DNA from: Sedimentisphaerales bacterium
Lineage (GTDB): Bacteria; Planctomycetota; Phycisphaerae; Sedimentisphaerales; SM23-30
Assembly (NCBI GenBank): GCA_963663805.2
Contig: CAXXMR010000008.1
Span: forward strand, 128,001-192,000
Length of the DNA stretch: 64,000 nucleotides
Direction of reading: 5' to 3'
Translations under genes and position numbers: made by a program
The notes under the pieces: model-generated
Databases searched by the model: none
The model's input: the letters and a program-made list of their open reading frames with translations, nothing else
Told to the model about the DNA's origin: nothing
Shown: piece by piece, positions 21,826 through 33,029 of the stretch
Layout of the letters: every line of letters starts with the position of its first letter
Position numbering within the stretch: position 1 is the first letter of the stretch

Positions 21826-23343
21826 TTACTGCCTCGTATTTCTGCCGAAGTCAGCAGTTTTGCGAGGCAGTATTTTGCGCCGGGCCAGAGTGATTATCAC
21901 GGCTGAGATGAGGAGTGTCGCGTTTACGATTATCATGGCGGCGTTGGGGTGGAGGTGGAGTTTTATGCTTGCGGGGATTAGATTGATTGTATTCAGGGCC
22001 AGGTAGATATTTACGAGTATTGATACCGACAGTGCGCCAATGAGGCTTCGGCCATCAATGTTTTTGGTGAATAGTGCGATTATGTAAATGCTGAACAGGC
22101 TTCCGCCAATCAGTGAGGATAAAATATAGCCCAGGTCCACGATGCACTCCTTGGGAGTGAGGTTGATAATTACCGCGAAGATTACTGCCAGCAGAAGCGT
22201 TAGGGCAGACAGGTAACGACTTAGTTTAAGGTCTCTTTCGGGGTCATTGTTCTTAACAAAAAATCTTTTGGTTACGTCGTACAGTATCACACTTGAAACC
22301 GCGTTCATGGCTGAGTCGAGCGATGTGAGTGCCGCGGCGATACAGGCAGCGATAATTACGCCCGCTATTCCGACGGGGATTGTGGTGAGGATGAAATGTG
22401 AGAGGATCTTGTCGGCCGGCATGGTTGCGATTTGTTGGTCTGGATAGATCTGGTAATGGGCGAACAGGCAACTGCCCAGAAAGAAAAGTATCAGCCATAC
22501 CGGCAGCATGGTACAAGATGAGATGAAGGTTGCGTGCTGGGCCTGGCGTAAATTTTGTGCGGCCAGATAGCGTTGGATTACCACCTGGTTGCCTGTATGT
22601 TCGGTGCCGTAGTTGATGATGCCAAAGATTATCATCAGCCAGAAGCTTCGTTCGCTGAGGCTAAAGGCAAAAGTTCCAAGGCCGAATTTGTGGTTTGTCA
22701 GGCCTATGTCAATAACTTCTTTTATGCCGCCGGGGATGTCTCTCAGCACATAAATGAAGCACAGGACACAGCCCGAAAAAATCACAAATGATTGAATGGT
22801 GTTCATCCATACTACCGCCCGCAGTCCGCCCCGGATGGTGTATGTTCCCACTATTGCCGCGATGACCGCGATGACCAGAGGGACATTTTTGTTAAAAATT
22901 ATCGACAGTGGTATCGAGAGCAGGTAGAGGATGGTGCCGAGTCGAAATAGCTGAAGAATCAGATATGCCGATGACGCGTATATTCGGATTATTACATTAT
23001 ACCTTTGTTCGAGGTATTCAAAGGTGGAATGGACGTTTATTTTTCGAAAGATGGGTACTATGTACAATGCCGCGATGGCCCCGACTATCGGTAGAATAAG
23101 ACGGGGGGTAAAATTTCGAAAGTCCTTTGCGAAGGCCGCGGCGGGCAGTGCGAAAAACGAAATCGAACTTACCGATGAGGTAATCATCGATATAGTCAGG
23201 GCCCATCCCGGCAGGGAGCGGTGGGCGAAAAAATAATCGTCTGCATCCCGGTTTTTTCTGCCGCGGTAAAAACTTACTCCGATCGTAGCTATCAAATATA
23301 ACGATATTATTACAGCGTCAATAGTTCTGTCAGCAACAGCCAT
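21826..23343 (-). CDS. sodium:solute symporter (sialic acid/sugar SSS-like)
   Basis: DDYFFAHRSLPGW, STFEYLEQRY, GGLRAVVW, QVVIQRYL, many TM helices. Confidence 0.9.
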   Translation of the reverse strand: MAVADRTIDAVIISLYLIATIGVSFYRGRKNRDADDYFFAHRSLPGWALTISMITSSVSSISFFALPAAAFAKDFRNFTPRLILPIVGAIAALYIVPIFRKINVHSTFEYLEQRYNVIIRIYASSAYLILQLFRLGTILYLLSIPLSIIFNKNVPLVIAVIAAIVGTYTIRGGLRAVVWMNTIQSFVIFSGCVLCFIYVLRDIPGGIKEVIDIGLTNHKFGLGTFAFSLSERSFWLMIIFGIINYGTEHTGNQVVIQRYLAAQNLRQAQHATFISSCTMLPVWLILFFLGSCLFAHYQIYPDQQIATMPADKILSHFILTTIPVGIAGVIIAACIAAALTSLDSAMNAVSSVILYDVTKRFFVKNNDPERDLKLSRYLSALTLLLAVIFAVIINLTPKECIVDLGYILSSLIGGSLFSIYIIALFTKNIDGRSLIGALSVSILVNIYLALNTINLIPASIKLHLHPNAAMIIVNATLLISAVIITLARRKILPRKTADFGRNTRQ

Positions 23344-23360
23344 TAAGATTCCGTGTTGGT

Positions 23361-25394
23361 TTAATCGTCCCAGCTTAAATCATCATATTTATAATACATA
23401 TAACGTCCTCTTTCGGTACCCACGATCAAATCCGGCTTGCTGTCTCTGCCGAAGTAGGCCGGGGTTGGGCCGCAGGAGTGCTGGCCCAGGAAAATCGGCT
23501 TACCTTTGAATTTGACCAGTCGCGGAAACTCAAATATCGGTTGGGCGTTACTGCCGGCGTTTTTCAGGAAGAGGATGGCTGAGCCTTGTCCTTTGTATTT
23601 ATTGCGTGCCTGCCAGGGCAGTCCCTTTTCCGGGTCGGGTACACAGCCGTGTCTGGGTGTGCCGATTATTATATCCTTAAATCCGTCGTTGTCAAAGTCG
23701 CAAAGGCTGAATTTTAGGCGGCCTGTTCCGCCGGCGTCCAAGAAGTTTCCTTTGATATTTGCACCGTCGGCGAGTTTCAGCTTGCCGCAGTCGGCGACAT
23801 TGTAAATGTCGACCTGTTCGTAGAGGTGTGTTTCGTCATCGTCGTCGAGAGTGATATAGACATTTCTGCCGTTTAGCTCGGCGACTGCCGGTCGACATCT
23901 CCAGGTGCCGTGCAGGTCCAGCCCGTCCAGATAGAGAGGGTGACCGTAGTCAAGTTTTGGCTGACCTTTTGAGCCGATATTCATAAATACGGTATGTTTG
24001 CCGTTAGCATCGTTCATGAGGATGTCATCCAGGCCGTCGTTGTTCCAGTCTGCGGCGATGGGGCAGGTGTACCCCCAGCGTGCTTCGCCAGGGCCCTGGA
24101 TGCTCTGGTTGTAACCGGGTTGGACATGGATTTCTTTTCCGCCAGCTTTAAGATTGACGGCTGGTGCGAAGATGGGTTTGAGGTTGCTGCCGGTATTTTC
24201 ATAGAAGAGTACGAAGCCTTGTGAGTTTCCTGATATGATGTCATCGTCTCCGTCCTGGTCCCAATCTGACATGCTGGGTACTGTTAATGAACCTCCGTAC
24301 AAAACAGGCTGATTTTCCAGCAGTTTTGTCGGGTTGGAAAATATAGGACTGTTGTTTGGCGAGAATCGGCCGGTAAAGCTGTAGAAATATGTTCCGCCTT
24401 CACTGCCGGCAATCAAATCTGAATATTTTCCGATAGGGTTATAGTAGGCCAGCGGGCTGGGCCAGACCGCCGGGTGTCTCAGGACGATGTTGTTGGTATC
24501 GACGATATTTTTTCGTTCGGCAAGATTTAGTCCTGCATCAGCTAAGTTGTGATAGTAGTGAATTCCGCCGTAATGTGAGCCGGTTATCAAGTCGTTGTTG
24601 TGTCCCGGTCCCAGATTTGCGTGAGTAATAGTTGAAAATCCTTCGCGAACTTCTTTGTCGGTTTGGGAGACGCGTCGAAAGTTTTTGGCTGGTCCTTCAA
24701 TGAATCCCGGCAGACTGAAAGCGTATAGGCCGATATAAGGGAAACCACCTCTCCATTTGCCCGTACCATCGTAAGGGGTGTATTCCGGGGCGCGATAGTA
24801 ACTCAGATATTTTTTATCAAAGTCGAACGAAGGTGGTTTGGAAGATACGTCGTCTTTGATTCCCACAACAATCTCAAGGGTATTGTCAGGGTTGAATATT
24901 GCTTCAACTGATTCGGGGTTTGCTGGCAGAGAGTCGAGTTTCAGGCTTTTTTTCAGAATAAATTCATTTTTATTCTCATCAAAAATCGTGTGGTGCAGGA
25001 CTTTTTGGCTACACCATAGAGCGTGAACAGATTTGTCGGGTCTTTGGAATATTGTGCCTTTGGGGAGCCCCTTCATCGAAAAGGGGATTTTGATTTTGGT
25101 TGGTTTGTCGAAAATCGGGGTTCCCTGCGCCGAATCTTCTATGTATCGGTAGAGGAACAGTCCACCTCCAAAGCGTCCCGTGATGACGAATATGTCGGGG
25201 CGTTGGGAGTCGTATAAGTAGGCTGTTCCCAGCGGATGGCTGGAAATGCCGTTTACTGCCATGGGTCCTGCGTCGGCGCCGGTGGGGATGGGCTGACCTG
25301 AAACCAGCGTCTGGCTGTACTCTTGGGCGCTGACGGTGCTGTACGCGCATAATGCGAAAAAGGCTAAAAACAGGCTTGGGTGGAGTTTTGGCAT
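23361..25394 (-). CDS. secreted FG-GAP/VCBS repeat protein
   Basis: DWDQDGDDDII, DWNNDGLDDIL, DFDNDGFKDII repeats; signal peptide; start 25394 follows GGAG. Confidence 0.85.
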   Translation of the reverse strand: MPKLHPSLFLAFFALCAYSTVSAQEYSQTLVSGQPIPTGADAGPMAVNGISSHPLGTAYLYDSQRPDIFVITGRFGGGLFLYRYIEDSAQGTPIFDKPTKIKIPFSMKGLPKGTIFQRPDKSVHALWCSQKVLHHTIFDENKNEFILKKSLKLDSLPANPESVEAIFNPDNTLEIVVGIKDDVSSKPPSFDFDKKYLSYYRAPEYTPYDGTGKWRGGFPYIGLYAFSLPGFIEGPAKNFRRVSQTDKEVREGFSTITHANLGPGHNNDLITGSHYGGIHYYHNLADAGLNLAERKNIVDTNNIVLRHPAVWPSPLAYYNPIGKYSDLIAGSEGGTYFYSFTGRFSPNNSPIFSNPTKLLENQPVLYGGSLTVPSMSDWDQDGDDDIISGNSQGFVLFYENTGSNLKPIFAPAVNLKAGGKEIHVQPGYNQSIQGPGEARWGYTCPIAADWNNDGLDDILMNDANGKHTVFMNIGSKGQPKLDYGHPLYLDGLDLHGTWRCRPAVAELNGRNVYITLDDDDETHLYEQVDIYNVADCGKLKLADGANIKGNFLDAGGTGRLKFSLCDFDNDGFKDIIIGTPRHGCVPDPEKGLPWQARNKYKGQGSAILFLKNAGSNAQPIFEFPRLVKFKGKPIFLGQHSCGPTPAYFGRDSKPDLIVGTERGRYMYYKYDDLSWDD

Positions 25395-25486
25395 GACGTT
25401 CTCCGGGGCAAAAGGCATGTTAACTTATTTGTACCAAAGCAATTGGAGGCTGCTGTTGTTGGTTTTTTGCGGTCAACCTCAGTCAT

Positions 25487-25622
25487 ATATTAAACGTATA
25501 GCAATAATTTGTCAACAGGTAAAGGTTTTTGGGGTGATTCGTTTTGTAATATATTTTTAATAAAAGAGTTATGTGATATTTTAAAAAAAAGGTTGACAAA
25601 TATTAAACGTTTAACATATTAT
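25487..25622. promoter_or_regulatory. divergent sigma70 promoters, each overlapped by a LacI-type operator
   Basis: + TTGACA(25593)-N18-TATTAT containing the palindrome TTAAACGTTTAA (25603-25614); - TTGACA(25515)-N17-TAATAT containing TTAAACGTATAG (25490-25501). Confidence 0.75.
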
Positions 25623-25641
25623 AGTCGAAGAAGGAAATACT

Positions 25642-26691
25642 ATGAGTCAATTAAGCTCTACGAAAAGCGTTAATATTACCAGTCTTGCCGGGCAGCTGCA
25701 GTTGAGTACGGCTACTGTCAGCAAGGCTTTGCGTTATGAGAAGGGTGTTAATAAAGACACCGCTGAGCGGGTTCGGGATTTGGCTCAGCGTTTGGGGTAC
25801 AAGCCTAATATCTTTGCTCAGGGTCTTAAGAAACAGAAAAGTAAATTTATTGGTTTTCTGCTTACTACAGAGCTGACCAACTCCTGGTATGCTGAGTTGG
25901 TGAGTTGGGTTGAGGTCAAGCTGCGTGAGAGGGACTATGCCCTGATGCTGGGGGTTGCCAATCGTGATGAAAAGCGTGAGGTTGAATATCTTGATATGTT
26001 CGAGAGTTCTTTTCTTTCGGGGATTATTGCCGGGCCTTTGTTTGCCTATCGTGATTTGGCTCCGTTTGAGAATATCATGCGCAGTGATAGTCCGTTGGTT
26101 ACGTTTGCCTGTGTTGAAGATATACCTATCAGTCATGTCAAGATAGATCATATTGCGAGTATCAGAAAGGTTGTTCGCTACTTTGTTGAGTGCGGCCATA
26201 AGCGTATAGGTTATTTTTGCTGTACCAAACGTGAGTTGCGATCCAGCGGTGTTACCCGAAAAGCGGGGTTTGACGAGGCTCTTATTGAAGAAGGCCTTCC
26301 TTTTATTGGTAAGGATATAATAATCTGTGACTGGTCGGACCTGACTTATGCCGGTGGTTTTCGGATAATGTCTGAACTGATTGAGGAGCGGGGTAAGGAT
26401 TTACCTACGGCTTTTTTCTGCCATTGTGACGAGGTTGCTCTGGGGGCTCTTGATGCCTGTCGTGCTACAGGTGTTTTGGTTCCCGATGACATTTCTTTTA
26501 TTGGTTATGATGGTATTGCCCGGACCGCTAATTCCCTGCCGGCCCTGACTACCGTTGGTGGAATGATGGAGCAGTTGGCGGATAAACTGGCTGAGCTTCT
26601 TTTTGAGGGGATTGAAGGCAAGCTGGATAAAGTTAAAAGTGTCGCGGTTGAACCGCAATTAATTATTAGAGATAGTGTCGCAAAAATCTAA
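25642..26691 (+). CDS. LacI family transcriptional regulator
   Basis: HTH LSTATVSKAL, GYKPNIFAQGL, GHKRIGY, VPDDISFIGYDG. Confidence 0.95.
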   Translation: MSQLSSTKSVNITSLAGQLQLSTATVSKALRYEKGVNKDTAERVRDLAQRLGYKPNIFAQGLKKQKSKFIGFLLTTELTNSWYAELVSWVEVKLRERDYALMLGVANRDEKREVEYLDMFESSFLSGIIAGPLFAYRDLAPFENIMRSDSPLVTFACVEDIPISHVKIDHIASIRKVVRYFVECGHKRIGYFCCTKRELRSSGVTRKAGFDEALIEEGLPFIGKDIIICDWSDLTYAGGFRIMSELIEERGKDLPTAFFCHCDEVALGALDACRATGVLVPDDISFIGYDGIARTANSLPALTTVGGMMEQLADKLAELLFEGIEGKLDKVKSVAVEPQLIIRDSVAKI

Positions 26692-26712
26692 ACTATTTGA
26701 GGGAAAATTGCT

Positions 26713-27594
26713 ATGAGAGGCAAAAAGGGATTTACACTGGTTGAACTGTTGGTAGTCGTGGCGATTATCGCTTTGCTGGTTTCGATTCTTTTACCGGCTT
26801 TGGGGTCTGCTCGCGACCAGGCTAAGAAGGTTATGTGTCTATCTAATCTTCGGCAGTGGGGGATTGTTACTTATGCTTATGTAAGCGACAACAACGGTTT
26901 TTTTGAAAATGGTTTTGATGGCACGAATCGTGATTTAGGCTGGTGGGCAGCGTTTTTCAGCTATTACAAAGATATTCCCAACATAATGTATTGTTCCAAA
27001 ACCAAGAACACTCTTGATACCAGCAGCGATACTCCGAAGGATCTTAACAATGACAACGACTGCACTTTTAATATTTGGCAGTTAAGCGGCGACCAGTATG
27101 GTGCTGCTGGTGGTGACAATAATTCTGGCAGGCTTTATGGCGGCAGTTATGGCAAAAACAGTCGTCTTACCAATCCTGACCAGAGTGCTAATCCGAGCTA
27201 CGCGTATTATAATTACAACACGGAAAATTACGATGCCATACGGAATGCCGATATTTGTCCAGTGATGTTTGACAGTGCCTGGGTTGACACTTGTTTTATG
27301 TCGAGTAATGGTGTTGGTCAGGCCCCTCCGCCTTATCAGGGTGCCCCATACAATATGAGTGGCGCTAACGGCACCTGACGAGCGACACTTAATCGTCATG
27401 GTCGTACTAATGAGGGTATTACCGGGATGGTTTTTGCTGACATGTCTGCTCGTGATGTTGGCTTGAAAGAGCTTTGGGTTTTGAAATGGAATAAGCTTTA
27501 CAATACTCGCTGTGCCATTCCGGGTGCGGTTTGGCCTGAGTGGATGGATGATTTTACGGATTATGGTACGCCAACCAGTGCGGCGGCCAAGTAA
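26713..27594 (+). pseudogene. prepilin-type N-terminal cleavage / DUF1559-like H-X9-DG protein with an in-frame TGA at 27376-27378
   Basis: GFTLVELLVVVAIIALL; the frame continues past TGA as RATLNRHGRTNEGITGMVFADMSARDVGLKELWVLKW to TAA 27594. Confidence 0.8.
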
Positions 27595-27631
27595 ATAGTA
27601 ATCATTATTTTAGAGAAATGGAGGAAATGTT

Positions 27632-28726
27632 ATGATTACGAGATTTTTATTGTGTGTTTGTTTGGTGGCTATGATTTGTGTTCCGGCTCTGGGTACGTAT
27701 TACTGGACCGGTGATGGTGACGGTTTGCGTTATGATGACCCGGCTAACTGGGCTCCTAATGACAGCGACGGCTACACTTATCGCCGTATGGATGTGGATG
27801 ACTCAACCATTTTGATCGATGGCGGGACCCATGACTCCGAGGATGGTGTAGCCATAGCTTATTATGGTGCTAATGTTACCATGAATATTACCGGCGGGAC
27901 TATTAGCGGTGTCAGTACCCGTTTTGGCTATCGCCCCGGTGCCAGTGGTACTCTTAATATCAGCGGGTATGGTACTATGAATATTTCCAGTAATGTTCTC
28001 ATGTCCGATCGGGCAGACACGGAATTTAACTTGAATCTTTCGGAGAATGCTGTACTGACGGTCGGAACCAATTTTTATATTGCTGAAGACGGGCCAGGTA
28101 AAGGCAGTATCAGTCTTAGCGGCGATTCGCTGTTCAGTGTGGGAGGATATTTTGAGATTGACCGGGTGGGTGCTGCCGCGGGCAGTGAAGTTGCGATTTC
28201 ACTGGAGGGGAATTCGGTAATGAGCGTCAACCGCATTCGCAGCGGCTATGGTGCCGGAAGTACCGATAGTTTTGTTTTAAGCGGTAATGCTCGTTTGGAG
28301 ACGGTTGATTATTTCCGCATGGCCCGTGATGGCGGCGCTACAGAAATTACTGTCGCAGACGATGCGGTTCTTGATATTGGCAGTTATCTTTCGGTGGGCT
28401 ATAACAGCAGCGGTGATGCGAAGATTAATCTGGATAGCGGTTCGATTATGGTTGGTGAGTTAAAGATGACCTCCGGTGGTTTGATTGATATTGAACTGGG
28501 ACAATTGCTGATAGCCGGTGATTTGCGCGGTGATGCGACCTTACAGGGTTATATTGATGGTGGTCGTATTGTTGGTTATGGCGACACCCTGCCGGTAGGT
28601 TTTGCTGCTGAGCTGGTTAATGTTGAAGGTGTTGACTATACCGCTATTTCTGTTGTGCCTGAACCGATGTCGTTGCTTTTGGTTGTTGGTGGTATGCTTT
28701 ATCGTCGCCGGCAAACCCGGATTTAA
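27632..28726 (+). CDS. PEP-CTERM surface protein with beta-helix/passenger-like repeats
   Basis: signal peptide, YWTG...ANW start, VPEPMSLLLVVGGMLYRRR. Confidence 0.88.
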   Translation: MITRFLLCVCLVAMICVPALGTYYWTGDGDGLRYDDPANWAPNDSDGYTYRRMDVDDSTILIDGGTHDSEDGVAIAYYGANVTMNITGGTISGVSTRFGYRPGASGTLNISGYGTMNISSNVLMSDRADTEFNLNLSENAVLTVGTNFYIAEDGPGKGSISLSGDSLFSVGGYFEIDRVGAAAGSEVAISLEGNSVMSVNRIRSGYGAGSTDSFVLSGNARLETVDYFRMARDGGATEITVADDAVLDIGSYLSVGYNSSGDAKINLDSGSIMVGELKMTSGGLIDIELGQLLIAGDLRGDATLQGYIDGGRIVGYGDTLPVGFAAELVNVEGVDYTAISVVPEPMSLLLVVGGMLYRRRQTRI

Positions 28727-28763
28727 TGTTGTGATGTTATAGAAGTAAATATTGTTAATTACG

Positions 28764-28789
28764 CTCGGACGGTAATGTGCCGTCCGGGC
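28764..28789 (+). other. intergenic stem-loop
   Basis: ctcggacggt-aatgt-gccgtccggg. Confidence 0.5.
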
Positions 28790-28839
28790 ATTTATCTCCT
28801 GTTTCAAGTCTAAATTATAAGCTGCTAAAGGAGTGAGTT

Positions 28840-31800
28840 ATGAGTAAAGTCACGAAAGTATTATGGTTGGTAATTTTAACGGTTTTTTGTTCTGGTACCT
28901 TCGGGGCTTACGACTGGACCGGGGCAAGCGGGGATGGTCTATGGACGACTGCCGCTAACTGGCAGGACGATGGAGCAACGACTAAACATCGGCGGATTTC
29001 AGATATTGAGTATTCGGTGGTTAATATTGGTCCTACTGATGATGTCAGCACCGAGGGCGGTTATCTGTATCTTGGCTATGGCGCTCGGCATAACATTCTG
29101 AATATTAGTGGTACTCTGCGTTCCGGTAATACCTCCGGTGCCGGTTATATTATGCTGGCTAATGAAAGATATTCTGGCGGTATTATCAACATGTCCGGCG
29201 ACGGCGAGATGATTGATTTTGTCAACTTTCGTCTTTGTACTAATTCCGACACATACGCCGAGCTTAACATGGAGGATAACTCCCGTATTGTAATCACGAA
29301 TTATTTTCGACAGTCTATGGATGGCGGCAGTTTGAATCGTTTTTTTCTTAATATGAAGGACGATTCTCATATTCAGGTGGGCGGGTATTTTCGCACGGCG
29401 TATTTGGAAGGCAGCGAGGCGATTGTTGTTATGGAGGATAACGCCTCAATCACAACCGGGACTTATTATATGGTGGGCTATGAAGGTTACGGCCAACTGC
29501 ATCTTGGTTCCGGCGCTACTATTAACGCTGGTGGTGATTTTATTGTTAATTCCAAAGACTATGGCAGGGGGTATGCTGTTATCGATGGCACTGTCAATGT
29601 CGGTGGTGTGCTGAATATGGCAGGCGGTATGCCGAGGATGAATGTCCGCGGTGGTACAGTTAATCTTGCCGGCGATGTTGAGTCTACGGTTCAGGGATAT
29701 ATCGCTGAAGGCAAGATAGCTGCTTATGGTTACTATTTTGGCGATGAAGGTTTTGGCAGCGATGTTGGTCTGGTTGTGAATTACTCTGACCCTAACACCG
29801 TTATTACTGCCTATACAAATCGTCCCTATGGCCAGTTTCCGGCTGATGGGGATTATAGCAGTGAGTCTGTAACTTTGAGCTGGGCGGATTTGGTAACGGC
29901 GAATTCTTATGATGTTTATCTGAGTACTAATCGTAATGACGTGCTCAATGGCGACTCGACGGCTTATCTGGGCAATACGCTGAGCAAGAGTTTTGGTTCG
30001 GTCGCGTTGACTTACAACGAAAAATATTATTGGCGTGTTGACCAGAATATCGGCAGCGGGACCAAGGTTGGCAAGGTCTGGAGTTTTGTCTGTGTGCCTG
30101 ACACCATGCTGGAATGGACCGGCGGGGCGGTCGGGACCGAGCTTTGGTCGGATGTTTCCAACTGGTCGGGCGGTATGGTTCCGGGTATCGGTTCTTATGT
30201 CTGGCTTGACGGTTATGATGTCACTGCTACCGTTGACGCGGACGCAACTTGCAGTTACCTTTGCGGTCCGGGATATTATACCGGTAAAGGCACATTGGAT
30301 GTGACAGCTGGTGTTTTGGATATTATTGGTGACGCTCGCAGTGCGTATAACCCTGATTCTCAGAGTACGGTCAATATCAGCGGTTCCGGTCAGATGAATA
30401 TTGGTGGTAATTACAAGGCCGCTTATGAAGGCGGGACGGATATGGCTATTAACATCTCCGGCAGCGGCAGTTTGAATATCGGCAGTTTTCTCAGGACTGC
30501 CTACTATGACGGTGCCCAATCGACCATTACCATGACTGATAATGCTACCATGCAGATTGGCAACTATCTCCGGGCTGCTTACGATTCCGTCGATGCTATT
30601 GGTAACAAGTTTACGCTTAATATGGATGACAATACCCAGCTTGATGTTGCGGGAGGTATTTATCTTGCTATGGACCCCAATACCGAAGCGGATGTGAATT
30701 TGTCCGGCAGTGCGATTTTCAATGTTGCCGGTGATGTTCAGCTAGCTTGGGCAAGCCATAACTGTGATATTGCGATTAATGATTCGGCCCAATTTAATGT
30801 TGCGGGTGATTTCCAGATGGCGGCTTCAAGCGGCAGTGCGACGATGACCATTAACGGTGGTTCTCTGGCGGTTGCCGGTACGATGTCGGTGCCGAATACG
30901 ATAAGTGCTGTTGGGGCTGATATTGATTTGCAGGCTGGTAGTATTATGACCGGCGAACTGTATATGGATAACGGTGATGGCTTGATTAACATTCATAGCG
31001 GGGCCGAGGTTCTTATTGAAGGTTACGCTGTTTCTCTGGCTCAGAGATATGTTGACGAAGGTCTGATTATTGGCGATGGTACTGCCGGTAGTGTTGTGGT
31101 TACTTACGATGGGAATTATACCCGTCTGGTGGCTAGTTCTTCTGTGCCGACCAATATCCCGACTAATCCTGTTCCCGCGACCGGTGATGCGACAAACTAT
31201 CGTGATATGACGCTTCAATGGACTCCCGCGGCAGGTGCTGTTTCGCAGATGGTATATTTCAGCGATAACTATGATGATGTTGCCAACTCCGCCCCGGCGG
31301 CTCTGGTTGCTACTCTGGGTGGTACTGAAACCAGTTACGGGACAATTGAAGTGCAGTTGTTTACTACTTATTACTGGCGGGTGAACTCTGTTATTTCATC
31401 CAGCACTGTAGATGGTAATGTCTGGGACTTTCTGGCGGGTTATCACTATATGCTTGAAGATTTCGAGAAGTATGTCGGTACCGGTTCTGGGGCTACTTCG
31501 GGCAGTCTGCGTTACGCATGGAAAGATGGCTATGCCTGGACGCCTGAGCAGAGTGGTTCCAATGTTGCCTTGATTAACAAGGACAGCGGCGTGGTGGATA
31601 TATTCACCGGCGAAGTACGTACCCTTGAGCAGTCGATGCTGTTATCTTATGACAATACCGGTGGACAGATTAGTTTTACCTATCCATCCGGCGGTGTGGT
31701 TCCTTATACTCCTCTGGCGACCTATTCCGAGATTGAGATTGATGTTTCAACTTTGGCCTTTGGTACTGATTGGGATATGAACGGCCTGGCTTTGCTGCGG

Positions 31801-33003
31801 ATGTATTTCTATGGTGCTGCCGCTAATGCTGAGGAACCGCTTTATGTTCTGGTTGAGGATGGTTCTGGTCATGTGGGCAATCCGGTGTATTACCCTGAGA
31901 CTGTGGCTCTGACCGAGGAAAGCTGGCATACCTGGAGTATCAGTTATGATGAACTGGCGACCAACGGCGTTGATATGAACAATGTTGCCATGCTTTATGT
32001 TGGTCTGGGTGACCGTAATAATCCGCAGGTTGGCGGTGCCGGTCAGATTTATCTCGACGACTTCAGGCTCTACGGCAGCGGCTGCTATGCCGAAAATATT
32101 ATCCCAGCGGACATTAACAGTGACTGCATTGTTGATATCGAAGACCTCAAGCTGATGGCCGCCGACTGGCTGGTCGATGATGTTGAGGAATTCACCGTTG
32201 TTGAACCCGATTTCGATGGTCTGGTACTGTGGTATGAGTTTGAGGAAGAAGGCTCGGTCGCGGTTGACAGTTCCGGCGCTGGTTTCGATGGTGCGATCAT
32301 CGGTGCTACACAGGTTGAAGGCATCAATGGCGGTATGGCCCTTCAGTTTGCCGGGCCTGACGCTTCAGCTTCTTACGTCGATATCGATATGGGTATGTTC
32401 GACCTGCTCGACCATGCTTCGACTTTCAGTTTTTGGGCTAAGGGCGATTCAAGTCTTCCCAATGAAAGTGGTAATATTGTTTTCCAGGCTCGTGGTGATG
32501 CTCGTGAAGCCTATCGTATCGCTATTCCTTACACTGCCGGAGAACTTTATTGGGAAACCTTTGGCTCGTTGTATACTGCCGATATGATTCAAGTCGACAA
32601 TCTGCCTGCAGATGCTTATAAAGAAGCCTGGAATCACTGGGTCTTTATTAAAGATACCGTGACCGGTGACATGAAGATTTATCGTAATGGTAAATTCTTT
32701 GCCGGTGATGTTGGTAAGGTGAAACGCCATGATACTCCGGCCAGTCTTGGTCTCAAGATTGGTGCCTGGTGGACCAAAAATCAAAACTATAATGGTGCTA
32801 TCGATGATTTCCGGATTTATGATTACGCACTAAGTGAAGCCGAAATCGCGTACCTGTTTACTAACGGCACCGGTACTGGTCTGGCTGCTATTGATTCGCC
32901 GGCGAATATTTATGATGATGAGCCGGCGGGTTCCAGGGTGGTTGATCTTAAAGATTTTGCTGTCTTGGCTGGTGATTGGCTCACTGAGACGATTTGGCCC
33001 TAA
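28840..33003 (+). CDS. large secreted protein: two passenger-like repeat domains, FN3-like modules, CBM-like domain, dockerin-like halves flanking a LamG domain
   Basis: YYWRVD/YYWRVN..VW-x-F, IYLDDFRLY, ADINSDCIVDIEDL, YNGAIDDFRIYDYALS, VVDLKDFAVLAGDWL. Confidence 0.85.
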   Translation: MSKVTKVLWLVILTVFCSGTFGAYDWTGASGDGLWTTAANWQDDGATTKHRRISDIEYSVVNIGPTDDVSTEGGYLYLGYGARHNILNISGTLRSGNTSGAGYIMLANERYSGGIINMSGDGEMIDFVNFRLCTNSDTYAELNMEDNSRIVITNYFRQSMDGGSLNRFFLNMKDDSHIQVGGYFRTAYLEGSEAIVVMEDNASITTGTYYMVGYEGYGQLHLGSGATINAGGDFIVNSKDYGRGYAVIDGTVNVGGVLNMAGGMPRMNVRGGTVNLAGDVESTVQGYIAEGKIAAYGYYFGDEGFGSDVGLVVNYSDPNTVITAYTNRPYGQFPADGDYSSESVTLSWADLVTANSYDVYLSTNRNDVLNGDSTAYLGNTLSKSFGSVALTYNEKYYWRVDQNIGSGTKVGKVWSFVCVPDTMLEWTGGAVGTELWSDVSNWSGGMVPGIGSYVWLDGYDVTATVDADATCSYLCGPGYYTGKGTLDVTAGVLDIIGDARSAYNPDSQSTVNISGSGQMNIGGNYKAAYEGGTDMAINISGSGSLNIGSFLRTAYYDGAQSTITMTDNATMQIGNYLRAAYDSVDAIGNKFTLNMDDNTQLDVAGGIYLAMDPNTEADVNLSGSAIFNVAGDVQLAWASHNCDIAINDSAQFNVAGDFQMAASSGSATMTINGGSLAVAGTMSVPNTISAVGADIDLQAGSIMTGELYMDNGDGLINIHSGAEVLIEGYAVSLAQRYVDEGLIIGDGTAGSVVVTYDGNYTRLVASSSVPTNIPTNPVPATGDATNYRDMTLQWTPAAGAVSQMVYFSDNYDDVANSAPAALVATLGGTETSYGTIEVQLFTTYYWRVNSVISSSTVDGNVWDFLAGYHYMLEDFEKYVGTGSGATSGSLRYAWKDGYAWTPEQSGSNVALINKDSGVVDIFTGEVRTLEQSMLLSYDNTGGQISFTYPSGGVVPYTPLATYSEIEIDVSTLAFGTDWDMNGLALLRMYFYGAAANAEEPLYVLVEDGSGHVGNPVYYPETVALTEESWHTWSISYDELATNGVDMNNVAMLYVGLGDRNNPQVGGAGQIYLDDFRLYGSGCYAENIIPADINSDCIVDIEDLKLMAADWLVDDVEEFTVVEPDFDGLVLWYEFEEEGSVAVDSSGAGFDGAIIGATQVEGINGGMALQFAGPDASASYVDIDMGMFDLLDHASTFSFWAKGDSSLPNESGNIVFQARGDAREAYRIAIPYTAGELYWETFGSLYTADMIQVDNLPADAYKEAWNHWVFIKDTVTGDMKIYRNGKFFAGDVGKVKRHDTPASLGLKIGAWWTKNQNYNGAIDDFRIYDYALSEAEIAYLFTNGTGTGLAAIDSPANIYDDEPAGSRVVDLKDFAVLAGDWLTETIWP

Positions 33004-33029
33004 GACCTTTGATGTAAATAGTTTGTTTA

